A stretch of DNA of 64,000 nucleotides from Thecamonas trahens ATCC 50062 (Eukaryota > Protista > Apusomonadida). The notes beneath the pieces were generated by a model. That model was not told the origin of the DNA, did no database searches, and saw only the letters and a list, made by a program, of their open reading frames with translations. The stretch is from NCBI RefSeq assembly GCF_000142905.1, contig NW_013657675.1, positions 434,001 to 498,000 on the forward strand, read 5' to 3'. Of this stretch, positions 42,796 to 54,514 are shown piece by piece. Position numbers and translations under genes: made by a program. Numbering within the stretch: position 1 is the first letter of the stretch; every line of letters begins with the position of its first letter.

Positions 42796-44997
42796 ATGGA
42801 CGACGCGCAATGCATCATGTGCGTCGAGGACATATCGACGTATGGTCTCGGTCCGTGTAACCACCGCAACATCTGTGCAAAGTGCACCCTTCGCATGTGC
42901 CAGTTCTATGGCCGTACATCGTGCCCGCTGTGCAACGTACGTCTGGCTGTCTGCCCCCCCCCCCTTCCCCCCTTCCCCCCCCTCCTTCATCCCGCCCGCA
43001 TTGGGTCATTGGTGCTACCGCGCCCTGTTCCTTGGTGTAACAGGCGTGGCGAATCTCCCCGACCTCCTCCTCCCCATCTCGGCTCTCCACCCCACCGTTC
43101 ACACACCTCGGTCTCCCTTTCCGGTACCGACAGAGCGTGGCAGCTTTGTGGTGGTAGTGGCGGAGGGCAGCCGACCATGCAAGAGGCTCGCACCCAATTT
43201 CTGTTGGTTAGTCCTGTTGGAAGACCCGAAAGGGTTCCAAGCCGGGAGCGGTGGAAGGATCAGAGTGGGGGTAGAAGTGAGGAACGAGGCAAGGTAGCAT
43301 GGGCAGGAGCAGGGATACTCATGGAGAAGGATGCGGGACGGCTTTTAGACATCGTTTGAAACGATTGTTGTGACGACGGATGCGCAGGTGACGTACGACG
43401 CGTGCCTGCACGACCGCCGGTATGTGGGCGACGACGAGCTGAAGATGAACGTGCGTTACGAGTCGTCGCAGTTGCGGACACAGTTTAAGAAGATGTGGCA
43501 GCTGTACTGCCCTGTGGGCGGATGCAGCGCGTCGATGGGAAAGTCGAACCAGCCGTTTCCCCACGTCCGCAGCCTCCGCAAGCATCTCTCGTCCAAGCAC
43601 GGCGCGTTCCTCTGCATGGTATGCGAGTCTTCGGGCAAGACGTTCAAATGCGATCTGGAGACGTTTGAGTCCAAGGCGGCGCTCCAGCGGCACAGGAAGA
43701 CACACCCGATGTGCGAGTTTTGCAACGAGCACTACCTCGACGACGAGGAGCTGTTTGCGCACCTCTCCGAGCAGCACGAGGTGTGCAACCTCTGCGACGA
43801 GGCGCACCAGTACTTTGAGTCGCCGGCTACGCTTGCAGAGCACTACTCGAGTGCACACCACCCTTGTCCGCGCGGATGCAATGCTGGGCTGTGTGCGTTC
43901 CGCTCCAAGGAAGGCTTGCAGGAGCACATGCTGCGAGCGCATGCATCCGAGATGTCACGGGCGGAGCGGGCACGACTCCGGCAGCTCGACCAAATCGAAT
44001 TCACCTTTGCTGACAGCGGCGCCGAGCGGGTGAGTGCGGAGACTGCCGACTCGCGGCGGTCGCTTGGCGGCGGGCGCGGAGCGTTCCGCGGACGGCTCCG
44101 CGGCGAGCCGACGAACCAGGTCAATGTCTCGTCGCCGTCGTCGTTTCCGCCGCTGCGTAGCTCGACCACCGGCAATGACAACTCTAGCTCTGGCGCTGGC
44201 CGCGGGTCGAGTGCGCGAGTGCCGAGCGGACGCGGGGCACCACCGCCGTCGTCGGCCTCGCGGGCCGAGCGGCAGCGGCAGCGGCTCATTGCGGAGCGAG
44301 AGGAGCGCGAGGCCAGGAACCGGGCCGCGGCTGCGCGCGATGAGCAGCGCCGACTGAAGGAACAGGCTAAGCGTGACCGTGCTGTCGAGGCCGAGGCTGT
44401 GCGGCAGGCGGCTGCTGCGCAGTCGGCGGCTGCTGCTCGTCGGGCGGCGCCAGCTGCCACCCGCGTCTCGCGTGAAGATTATAGGGCTCGTAACAAGCAG
44501 ATGGTTGCGCGGCTCAAGGCGGCGCTCGGCGGCAACACCACTAAGTTTAAGGCTTTCAAGCTGGCCTCTAAGGAGTACCGCAACTCGGACATTGACGTCG
44601 ATGACTACTACGGGCGCTTTGTCTCGTTGTTTGGCACCGCAAACGCCAATGCTGTTCTGCCGGACCTCATTGCTACGCTGCCGAACCCAGCCAAGCGTCA
44701 GGAGCTGGCCAACTACCACGACTCGGTGCTGGCCGCGTCGGCGGCAACTAACCAGTCGACAGGCTCGTCATCATCCTGGCTTGCTCGGACTGCTGGCGGC
44801 GGGGGAGGAGTGGCGGCGGCCGCGGCAGATCGGCACCTTCTGCCGATTCGGAATTCCCGGCTCTCTCGTCGACAGCTTCGTCATCCGCTGCTCCGTCGTG
44901 GCCTGCGCGCAACGGCGGTGGCTGGGGCAGCCTGGCAGCAGGATCCGGCAGCGGCGGCAATGGCCGGCGGAGCAAGGTTCTCTTGCGGTATGGATGA
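42796..44997 (+). CDS. ZNF598: RING + C2H2 E3 ligase of ribosome quality control (ZNF598/Hel2); frameshift at G5 44801-44805
   Basis: Exon 1 42796-42936 holds the RING CIMC...CNHRNICAKCTLRM...CPLC. Intron 42937-43348 (GTACGT...TTTTAG). Zinc fingers HPMCEFC...HEVCNLC and a PAH-like RNKQMV...F..AS..Y block. The -1 frame ends ...EFPAL...RRSKVLLRYG*, like Hel2-family tails. Confidence 0.88.
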
Positions 44998-45492
44998 CGT
45001 TTGGTATGATCTCAACCGGCCGTGGTCTCAACCGGCCGCGTGTCGAATTTCGAAGGTTGGAGGTTGACTTGAGCAGCAAGTCCAAGTCGAGTTGGTGGCG
45101 GTCAGCTGCCATCGCTTCAACTCCCTTGGCAACACTCTCTTCTCTTGCGGTATGCGTTTGAGGAGTTGGAGTGAGGCTGGGGACCAAGACGGGGACGGGA
45201 CGGGTGGGGCCGTGCGGTTCCAGGAGGAGGGTGGGAAAGGAGCGATGGAGATGGGCAGTTGAAAGGATGTGCGGCCGCAGTTGCCCACATCCACCCCCCC
45301 ATCTCTCCTCACATCCCGTCCTTTCACCCACCACCCCACTCCTCCCCCCATCCCACTCCCAAGCACATCAACAACTCTGACACAAATGGCGTGATACGTT
45401 TTTCCTCTCTCGACATAAACGCATTGTCGCGACATGTCGCATACCGTTCGCTCACGCTCATCGTTGCAGACATCAGCGATGGTGTGGTACGC

Positions 45493-48400
45493 CTAGCGCT
45501 TTGAACGCTTGCGCGAGCGCGAGGCGACGACCTCCTCCTCCTCGTCCTCCTCGTTATCATACTCGTCGTCCGAGTTGGGCTGCGACTTTGTCGAGCTCCG
45601 CTTGCGCTTGGACGACTTTGAGGCCTTGGACTTTGAGGCCTTGGACTTTGAGGCCTTGGACTTTGACGAGCGGCGCCGGGCCGGGGCGAGCGACGAGCCG
45701 CCCTTGGACTTTTCGTAGGCGCGGAGGAGGGCGTCGCAGCGGCGGTTGAGCTCGATGGGGGTACGAGACTTGAAGTACCAGTCAAAGCGGAACTCCCAGG
45801 CGGAGCGGATGGCAAGCTTGAGCTTGTCCCACTCGCCGTAGCCGAGGTCATTGATCTTGCAGATGATGAAGCGATCCTCGGCAGCGGTGTACATGGACGA
45901 CTTGGTCTTGATCTCGAGCGAGTGGTACGGGTTACCCGGCGCCTCGGCGACGGCCTGGCGAATGAGCTTGATCTTGGTCGAGTGGCGGCGGAGCTTCTCC
46001 TCGCCCTTCTCGATGACGTCGATGACCTTGGGCCACGACGAGAGGTGATCCGGGCCCCGCTCAAAGAAGACCTTTGCGTACTCGCGCACCTCGTCCTCGG
46101 TCTTGGTCTCGATGACGCGAGCAATGTCTGCGTACGACTCGCGGCCGTACGACTCGCAGCCGTGGTAGAAACGGGCAAAGTCAACGCGCGACCAGTTGTC
46201 AAAGCCCTTGGTGAGGAGCTCGTCGCGGCGCGCCATCTCCTCCTCGGTAAGCGGGACAGCGATCTCGCGGAGCTCCTCGCGGCGTGCGGCGCGGTCCTCG
46301 TCGGTCTTGAGCTCCTCGTCGTTGGCGATGACCTCGTCGACGTACTTGGGCGTGTTCTCAAAGCGCCATGCCCAGAGTTCGCGGGCGAGGAGCTCGTGGA
46401 GCTCGTCGGGGTAGAACTGATACTCGGCGACAAACGGCTGCTTGGGCGGCCGCGGCGCCTTCTTCTTCTTCTCGGTCGTCGCCTCGGACGAGCGCATGGT
46501 CTCGCGGTAGTACTCGTTAATGTTGTACGACGTCCGCTCGCGGCGGCGCTTGCCGAGGTTGATAAAGGTGTGCCCGCCAAAGTCCGAGCGGAGGTTCGAC
46601 GCGGCCTGCGCCGTGTAGTCAACGCCCTCAAAGACGTTGGTGGCAAAGCTCGACTCCATCTTGAAGCCGTCAGTCGAGCCCGGCGCGCCGAGCTCGACGA
46701 CCTTATCCGAGAGCTCCTGCGCGTTGGTCTCGCCGGCTGCGAGCGCAGCATCGATGTCGGCCTCGGTGATTTCGTCGGCGTCGCCCGAGTTGAACTGGTA
46801 GTCGGCGCCGTAGCGGACAAGCGAGTGCATCTCGTCCTTCGAGAGGCCCTTGGACTTGGGCTGGAGCCGGCCCTGCTGGATGATTTTGGCGTCGAGCTTG
46901 AGCTTTTGCATGGCGCGCTCGATGATCTTCTCCTCGATGGTGTTGTCGGCGCAGAACCGCGCGACAATGACCTGCTTCTTCTGTCCGATACGGTGGGCGC
47001 GGTCCATAGCCTGCAGATCCATCTGCGGGTTCCAGTCCGAGTCAAAGATGATGACCGTGTCAGCAGTCGCGAGGTTGATGCCAAGGCCGCCGGCGCGAGT
47101 CGAGAGGAGAAAGACAAACTTGGACGAGCCTGGCTTGTTGAAATCCTCAATCTGCTCGTCACGGAGGTCGCCGTTGGTGGAGCCGTCGATGCGGCAGTAC
47201 TCGTACCCGCGCCAGTGGAGGTAGTCCTCGAGGATGTCAAGGAGGCGGGTAAATTGCGAGAAGATGAGCGCCCGCGAGTCGCGCGCCAGGAGCACCTGCA
47301 GCAGCTTGTCCAGCAGCAGCATCTTGCCCGAGTTCTTGACCAGGTGGTAGTCGGTGGTGTACGGCGGGCCGGGCTCGGCGCCCTCAAACAGGTACGGGTG
47401 GTTGCAGCACTTGCGGAGCTGCATGATGATGTTGAGGAGCCGCGTCTTGGACGTCGCCTTGGTTGTCGAGTTGAGGGCGTCGATGTCGCGCGAGAGGAGC
47501 TTGCGGTACCACTCCTTCTGCATCGGCGTCAGCTTGACCTTCATCAGCAGCTCCTTCTTCGGCAGCAGCGACGACTCGACGTCGGCCTTGAGCCGCCGCA
47601 AGAGGAACGGCCGCAGCACCTTGTGCAGCTGGTCCACCGCGTCGGCCTCGGCAGACTCGGACGAGAGGTCAAACCACTCGTCAAACGACGAGGCAGACTG
47701 GAAGACGTCCGGGAGCAGAAAGTTGAGCAGCGCCCAGAGTTCATGCACGTTGTTCTGCAGCGGCGTGCCCGTGATGAGCAGCCGGTGCGCCGACGAAAAG
47801 GCCCGCACGTTGAGCGAGAGCCGCGATGACTCGTTCTTGATCCGGTGCGCCTCGTCGATGGCAATGTACTCCCACTCAAACTTGGAGAATGCCGCCCGCT
47901 CAATGTTGACCATCTCATACGACGTCACGCACACGTCAAAGTGGCCCGGCAGGAGCTGCTTCTCCACAAGCAGGCCGCGTTCGTGCTTGGCGCCGTAGAG
48001 CTTGAAGACTCGGAGCGAGGGGCACCACCGCTTGAACTCGTTCATCCAGTTGCCGATCGTCGACTTGGGCACAATGACCAGGTGCGGGCCGTTGATCCCC
48101 GCGCTTCCTTGAGATACCCGAGCAGCGAAATCGTCTGCAGCGTCTTGCCTAGGCCCATCTCGTCGGCAAGGATTCCGTTGATGCCGTTGTCATGGAGGTT
48201 GATGAGCCAGTTGAGGCCCTCGAGCTGGTAGTCGCGCATGGTGCCAAAGGCAATGCAGTGCGGCTGCGTCGTCAGCCGCGTCACAGATGGCTCGTGCTCC
48301 GCCGCCGCAAGCAACTCTGCATCCTCCTCGTTCTCCGTCCGCCGCCCACGGTGCGACTTGGACGGCGAGCCGGGCGCCTCGGACGGCGCCCCGGTCCCAG

Positions 48401-48987
48401 CCGTGCTCGCCGTGCTCGCCGTGCTCGCCGTGCTTCCGCCAGCCTTCTTTCCCTTGCGCGGCGATGGCGGGAGCTTGGCCGGAGCCTCGGAGAGAAAGTG
48501 CTTAAACAGCTCGGTCTGCGCCAGTAGGTGCCGCCGACGTGCCTCCGGCAGACCCTTGTTCCGCTCGCGGATGGCGGCGTTCTGCTTGGCGAGCTTGCGG
48601 TCACGCTCGTCACGAGGCATATCGAGCTAGCACCCCGCCCCATACCCACCAACCACACCATTCCATTGCTATAAGTCTGGGCACCCTGCTCATCACCTTT
48701 CCACCCACTCTCCTCTCCCCTACGCCCTGCTACTCCTTCCTCTCCCGCCACATACCCCCGTTTTTTGACTCCCTCTAGCCACCCTCCCCTCCCGCTGTCT
48801 TGTTTCAAACGATGGAATCTACGCTCTGGCCAGCCAGGGGGCTGGGGGGGGGGGGGGGGGGATGGAGAGGCACCACACCCACATCACCTCATCACCACTG
48901 ACTGCTTCGTACCAGTGGCACTCCGTGAGAGCCAAAGTCTGGCTCGCCGGGCGTGTTCGTCCCGCTTGTCGCGGGCGAGGTCTCCAT
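45493..48987 (-). CDS. ISWI: ISWI/SNF2H chromatin-remodelling ATPase; frameshift at 48097-48100
   Basis: [54 protein letters not shown] and a HAND-SANT-SLIDE C-terminus ([11 protein letters not shown]). Predicted exon 1 48913-48987 and intron 48627-48912. Confidence 0.95.
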
Positions 48988-49128
48988 TGACTGTACGTCG
49001 GCCATACTGTGAGACGAGTGGCCTAATCGACCTCGCTTACTTTATCGTTGATTATCGATAAATCTCCTTCAGGTCGGCTTGCAGTTCGCCGGCGCTGCGG
49101 GGTGGGGGGGGGGTGGTGGGGGGTGGTG

Positions 49129-49578
49129 NNNNNNNNNNNNNNNNNNNNNNNNNNNNNNNNNNNNNNNNNNNNNNNNNNNNNNNNNNNNNNNNNNNNNNNN
49201 NNNNNNNNNNNNNNNNNNNNNNNNNNNNNNNNNNNNNNNNNNNNNNNNNNNNNNNNNNNNNNNNNNNNNNNNNNNNNNNNNNNNNNNNNNNNNNNNNNNN
49301 NNNNNNNNNNNNNNNNNNNNNNNNNNNNNNNNNNNNNNNNNNNNNNNNNNNNNNNNNNNNNNNNNNNNNNNNNNNNNNNNNNNNNNNNNNNNNNNNNNNN
49401 NNNNNNNNNNNNNNNNNNNNNNNNNNNNNNNNNNNNNNNNNNNNNNNNNNNNNNNNNNNNNNNNNNNNNNNNNNNNNNNNNNNNNNNNNNNNNNNNNNNN
49501 NNNNNNNNNNNNNNNNNNNNNNNNNNNNNNNNNNNNNNNNNNNNNNNNNNNNNNNNNNNNNNNNNNNNNNNNNNNNNN
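49129..49578. other. Assembly gap
   Basis: N run flanked by G- and C-tracts. Confidence 1.
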
Positions 49579-49990
49579 CCCCCCCTCCCCCACTAACCCG
49601 CTTGCCTTTCACCAATTTTATTGTTGCCTGTCACGTTTGTCGGTAACGGGTCAGCCAGCAGTTCCGGCCAACACTCCCCCCCCCCCCCTCGCCCGCCCCG
49701 CCGCAAAACTAGGCCCACCTGTTCTGACGAGGGCGGAGCGTCCCTCCCTCGTCCTTCCCTTCACTTCTCCCCCTCACACTTTGACCAAGGTCGAAGGCAG
49801 ACCAGACGCGGAGGGCCGTCGGTGCTTTCTCTTCCCCCCCCCCCCTCCCTCTCCCGCTCTGCGCTTTCCCACCCACCCCTCTCCTTGTTGTGGCTGTTCG
49901 CTTATCGCAAGTGACCGCAGTTCTTCGCCGCCCGGCCCCTCACCGCACCTTGCAGACAAGGAGGTGGCAAAGTACTTGTGAGTGGTTGTC

Positions 49991-52900
49991 ATGGCGGCTG
50001 ATACAAATGCAAATGCGGCGCCAGACGTCATCTCTAGGTTCTCCGGATGGGTGGGCGACTGGCGTGTGGCTGTTCTCGAAGTCTCGCTCCCTGCTTGGGT
50101 CAATGTCATGATCGACGACTCGTGGGTTCACATCTCGTCGCTGATCGAGGCCTCAGAGCCGATGCTTCTGGCTCACTTGACCAACGCGATTGTGAGCGAG
50201 GATGTATTCAACGGAAGCGGCATCGCCGACTCGATCGTGTATCCCATGACCGGCGCCAGCGACGGCCGGCGCAATGTGCAGACCTGCCTCGACGCACTCA
50301 AGCGGGCCGGTGCGGCCATCTCGGTCAAGGCTGACGAGATTGTAGGCAGCTCAGTAGACTCAGTCAAGACGCTGCGGCTGTTAGTGGAGATGTACGAGTT
50401 TTACTACTCGCGGCGGCTTGGGCTCTCTGCGCGCAACTTTCACAAGGGCCTCATGCGGGCTGTCCGCAGGCAGCTCAGCTCGGTGTCGGGCATTCCGTCG
50501 GGAACGCGCAAGGCGCTGACGGACGCACTGGACCGGCTGGTCAACTTTTCAACCAACTGGCAGTCGGGCCTCCTGTTTTCGGCCCTTGTTGCCTCGCTCG
50601 CGCCCAACTCGCTCTCGCCGTCGTCGGTCTCTCTGTCAAAGATTCCAAACGATGCGCTGCAAGCGGCGTTCAACGCTGCCAACACCGGCCTTGCGGTCCC
50701 GCAGCTTATTTTGCCATCGCAAGTTGCGTCGCAGCCCGAAGAAGTCTCGATTGCTCTCTATGTGGCCATGATCCTCGACTCGGGCATCAACGGCTCGGAC
50801 CGCTCGCTCAAAGCGCAGCTGATGGCCATGGAGACCGAGCTCAAGCGGGTGCAGCAAGTAGCCGACCAGGTGAGTGGCCTGCAGCTGGCGCTGACGGAGA
50901 CCCGCGACGAACTGGCCAAGGCCAAGGGCGTCAATTCGGCTAACGAGGGCCTTAATCTGGAGCTGTACGCAAAGTCGGACGAGATGGCCTCGCTTCAAGC
51001 TGAGATCATGAAGCTCAAGGCCAACAACATGGCCGTGACCAAGGCGCTCGATGAGACCAAGGCCAAGCTCGCGCGTGCCCGCGAGAACACCGGCGACCCC
51101 TCACTTGGCCCGGTTGTGGAGCGCATCAAGGAAGACGTCTCCAATTTGATGTCCAAGGACGTCTCGTCGCGCATGCTTCGTCTCCAGGCGGAACTGACCA
51201 AGATGACCGAGCGGCTGGCCCGCATCGAGCTCCAGCATCGCATGCACGAAAAGGGCGTGACGTTTTCGCGGCATACCGAAGACGACGTGCCTGCCCCGCA
51301 GGGCAATGTGGTCATGATGTGCACCCACGTGCAGGGCGCCAACAGGCTATGGATCAAGCATCCGTCGGTGATGGCACGGGCGCTCAACACCCACCACGCC
51401 TTCCTCCGCACCGTCCTTCCAACCTACGGCGGGTACGAAGTCCGCGTTGACGGTGACTCGTTCCTGGTCGCCTTTTCGTCGCCGGTCCAGGCTCTCCGGT
51501 GTGGCATCTTCCTTCAGATGGAGCTCATGAAGCGTGACTGGCCGCGCGAGATTCTGGAGGAAGAGGACGAAGACGTCCGGGTAGTGTTCGGCTCATCAGG
51601 CTCGACCCTCTTTCGTGGCCTCCGTGTGGCCATGGGCTTTGACATTGGCCGAGCACAAACGCTGGAGGACCCGGTCTCCAACCGCGTCGACTACCAAGGC
51701 GACGTTGTCGAGCGGGTGCTCGCGCTCTCGATGGCGGCGCTTGGCGGGCAGATTGTCATCTCGGACATGCTGCACGAGGCCGTGGTCGACTCGCTCAGCT
51801 CGCTCTCGCTCGGTACCGATCCGCCGGGCGTCACCCCGCTTGACGCGGTGGTGGTGCCGGGCAAGGACATGCTAGTCAACTCGCTGCAACTCTCTCCGAG
51901 CCAGCTGAAAGATCGTTCCTTTGTCGAAGCCAAGCGCGAGGTGGCCGACGATGTCATTGAGCTGTACAAGACCCGCAACCTCGACGCCATCCAGAACGCG
52001 CTCTCGGAGCTCTCGTCGTCGGCTTCTCTGCTGCACTCGGAAGTTGACACGCTCTCAGCCGACTTTGCCGAGCGCATCCAGGGCTGTGTCTCGCTCCAGC
52101 ACCGGATGAAGGAGCTGGCGCACACGATGGCTGACCCCGTCGAGGTCCGGCTCGCCCTCGACAAGGCCGTCCAGTTCTTGCACTCGGTCCCGTCAGCGCT
52201 CAATCCCGAGGTCTCGCAGCTCGCAGTCTCCAAGCGCAAGATCAACGCGCACCTCGAAAAGGTGACCATTCTGGAAGAGGTCATCACCTCGCTCGTCGAG
52301 GGTCAGCGCAACCGGTGGAAGGGGACGCAGCACGCTCGCTTTGCCACCTCTTTTCTTGACTCGAAGCGCGAGGCGCTGGCCTTTGCCGAGGAGCGGCGTG
52401 AGCTCATGCACACCATTGACATGCTCAGGTCCAAGCTCGAGAAAGCGCAGCGGTCGCTGAGGGTGACTCGGCGCGGCTCAACACCCAACGGCGCGCCGCC
52501 GCTCTCGTCGTCGCCGTCGCTCAGCTCGGCACTGGGGCCAATGGCGTCGACGCTTGGCGGTGGACCTCCGTCTCGCGACCGCCGCTCGCCGCAGCCACAC
52601 CTCGGCGGCCCGCCGTCGATGCGCTCGTCGTATCAGGGCGGCGATGAGTTGGAGGCCGACACGTCGTCGTCGGCGGTGCTCTCTGTCTCGGCATCGGGCT
52701 CGACGCTGCCGTCGCTGGGCGCGTCGGGCGCACCGTCGCGCCGCGGCCAAGGCGGCGAGCGTGAGTACCACCGCGGATGGGACGCATCAGCGTCGACCGG
52801 GACCTGGGCGCGCCACGCTGCGCCGACCCGTTCAGCCTCACAACGAACAGTGAGCGGCCCGTCGCCGACCGGCCCGCGCGGTGCGCGCGAGCGGTCGCGC

Positions 52901-54145
52901 GAGCGCGGCACTCGCCGCGGCCGCGACCGGTCCAAAGACCGACTCACCCATTCGCAAGTCCGCTCGTCCAAGGGTCGCGGCAAGGACCGCGAGAAGGCCA
53001 AGTCCAAGTCCAAGGCCAAGTCCAAGGCCAAGGGTAAGGATCGCGACAAGCGCGAGCGTGGGTCCAAGGACGGCCGGTCGTCTGGCCGCCCGCGGCGCGA
53101 GCGCTCGCGTGAGGACCACGAGCGGTCGCGGTCGGGCTCGTCGCGCAAGTTTGCTCCGCGGTCGTCGCCGCTCGCTGGTCCCGTCTCGCCATCGTCCTAT
53201 GGCGGCCTCCGCGCAGGCGCGGGCTCGTCTGGTCACGGCACGTCCCGGCGGGCGGCGTCGGGCCGGCGGTCGCCTGGCCATTCGTCGGACCTGCCGCCGT
53301 TGGCAGGTGGCGGCAAGGACATTGACAATGCGGCTATGCTCACCGTCGAAGAAATCATTGAGCTGGACTCTGGCGATGATGAATCGAACCGGGCCAACAT
53401 GCTCTCAGGCCCAGCGTCGTCGCGGTCGCGGTCCAAGTCTCCGCTCTCGACGCCAACCTCGCCCAATCCGCCGACGCTGCGGTCACGGTCGGGCGTAGAG
53501 CTCGCAGCACCGGAACGTGGCTCATCATCGCATGAAAACTCGGGCTCGCTTCCAGGCACGCCGTCGTCTATCACACCTACGTCGCCGCAACCGCCGCAAA
53601 CGCCGGCCGAGCCTATGGCCCCCACCAGCTCGACCGGCTCCATCGGCGCGGCCCAGAAGAAGAAGCGGATTGTGCCCGAGGTCTCGCGCATTCTGCTCGT
53701 CGATGCCAACCAAGTCTCGCAAATCATGGGCCAAGTCGTGCTCGAGCAGCACGGGTACGAGTGCGTGGCGCTAGGCGACGGCATCGCTGCCGTCGACAAC
53801 ATCGAGAGCCAGCTCCGCGCCGGCAAGCCGTACCAGCTCATTCTCACTGCAGTCGACGTGCCCGGTCGCGACGCCTTTGACCTCACCTCGGAAATCCGCC
53901 GCATCGAGTCGGCGCTTGGCTGGTATCGCACCCCGGTTGTCGTCATGTCGACCGATCCGGCTTCGGACATGGAGGCGTGCATGGATGCCGGCGTCGACGG
54001 CATCTTCCCCTTCCCCATCTCGATGACGACCACCCTCGTCTCGACTATTTTCCAGTATCCCGCCGACGGGCAACCGGAGAAGGAAGCGCTCACCGCGCCG
54101 GGCTCTGTGGCTATTGCGTACATGATTCGCCATCACAGCGACTAA
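49991..54145 (+). CDS. Calponin-homology + coiled coil + degenerate class III nucleotide cyclase + SR-rich linker + pseudo-receiver domain protein; 5' end may extend upstream via intron 49978-50037
   Basis: CH-like NVQTCLDALK...ADEIVG and VNFSTNWQSGLLFSALV...AFNAA..GLAVPQLI. Cyclase PAPQGNV...GYEVRVDGDSFLVAF...FRGLRVAMG...DY.G...GGQIVIS. Receiver RILLVDAN...YQLIL...PG.D...RTPVVVMS...CMDAGVDG. Confidence 0.85.
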   Translation: MAADTNANAAPDVISRFSGWVGDWRVAVLEVSLPAWVNVMIDDSWVHISSLIEASEPMLLAHLTNAIVSEDVFNGSGIADSIVYPMTGASDGRRNVQTCLDALKRAGAAISVKADEIVGSSVDSVKTLRLLVEMYEFYYSRRLGLSARNFHKGLMRAVRRQLSSVSGIPSGTRKALTDALDRLVNFSTNWQSGLLFSALVASLAPNSLSPSSVSLSKIPNDALQAAFNAANTGLAVPQLILPSQVASQPEEVSIALYVAMILDSGINGSDRSLKAQLMAMETELKRVQQVADQVSGLQLALTETRDELAKAKGVNSANEGLNLELYAKSDEMASLQAEIMKLKANNMAVTKALDETKAKLARARENTGDPSLGPVVERIKEDVSNLMSKDVSSRMLRLQAELTKMTERLARIELQHRMHEKGVTFSRHTEDDVPAPQGNVVMMCTHVQGANRLWIKHPSVMARALNTHHAFLRTVLPTYGGYEVRVDGDSFLVAFSSPVQALRCGIFLQMELMKRDWPREILEEEDEDVRVVFGSSGSTLFRGLRVAMGFDIGRAQTLEDPVSNRVDYQGDVVERVLALSMAALGGQIVISDMLHEAVVDSLSSLSLGTDPPGVTPLDAVVVPGKDMLVNSLQLSPSQLKDRSFVEAKREVADDVIELYKTRNLDAIQNALSELSSSASLLHSEVDTLSADFAERIQGCVSLQHRMKELAHTMADPVEVRLALDKAVQFLHSVPSALNPEVSQLAVSKRKINAHLEKVTILEEVITSLVEGQRNRWKGTQHARFATSFLDSKREALAFAEERRELMHTIDMLRSKLEKAQRSLRVTRRGSTPNGAPPLSSSPSLSSALGPMASTLGGGPPSRDRRSPQPHLGGPPSMRSSYQGGDELEADTSSSAVLSVSASGSTLPSLGASGAPSRRGQGGEREYHRGWDASASTGTWARHAAPTRSASQRTVSGPSPTGPRGARERSRERGTRRGRDRSKDRLTHSQVRSSKGRGKDREKAKSKSKAKSKAKGKDRDKRERGSKDGRSSGRPRRERSREDHERSRSGSSRKFAPRSSPLAGPVSPSSYGGLRAGAGSSGHGTSRRAASGRRSPGHSSDLPPLAGGGKDIDNAAMLTVEEIIELDSGDDESNRANMLSGPASSRSRSKSPLSTPTSPNPPTLRSRSGVELAAPERGSSSHENSGSLPGTPSSITPTSPQPPQTPAEPMAPTSSTGSIGAAQKKKRIVPEVSRILLVDANQVSQIMGQVVLEQHGYECVALGDGIAAVDNIESQLRAGKPYQLILTAVDVPGRDAFDLTSEIRRIESALGWYRTPVVVMSTDPASDMEACMDAGVDGIFPFPISMTTTLVSTIFQYPADGQPEKEALTAPGSVAIAYMIRHHSD

Positions 54146-54514
54146 GCCGGCCATAAACCGGTCTCGAGCCATCAGCCGCATGGAAGAGAGCAGGTTTTTG
54201 TGGCAGGAATCAGAAAACAATACATCTCGCTGCCGTTGCAATGCAAGAAGGCTCAGTTGATGATGAATGAGGCGAGGGTGGCTGGTCGTCGGTCAATGTT
54301 GGCCAAGTGCAAGGATATGCCAGCCTGTCGCGTTCGTACTTTTTGTTGCACAGAACTCAAATGGCGGTGACTTGCGCCCACGTGCGAGCATTTGGCGAAG
54401 GTGGCAACGACTGTCTCTCTGCCTGCGGCAAGGCCACCAACCAAGGCGGCGACAGAGAGACAGAGAGGGATACTTACACACGCTCGACATAGGGCACGAC
54501 AGAGGGCAGAGGAT

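Noticed and set aside
49052-49061. Palindrome TTATCGATAA (DRE-like) upstream of ISWI
   Set aside because: A single short palindrome with no supporting evidence.
49600-49625. GCCTTTCAC resembles U5 snRNA loop I
   Set aside because: Mismatch in the invariant loop, no convincing closing stem, and adjacent to a gap.
49048-49981. ORFs spanning N gaps
   Set aside because: Artefacts of untranslatable N runs.
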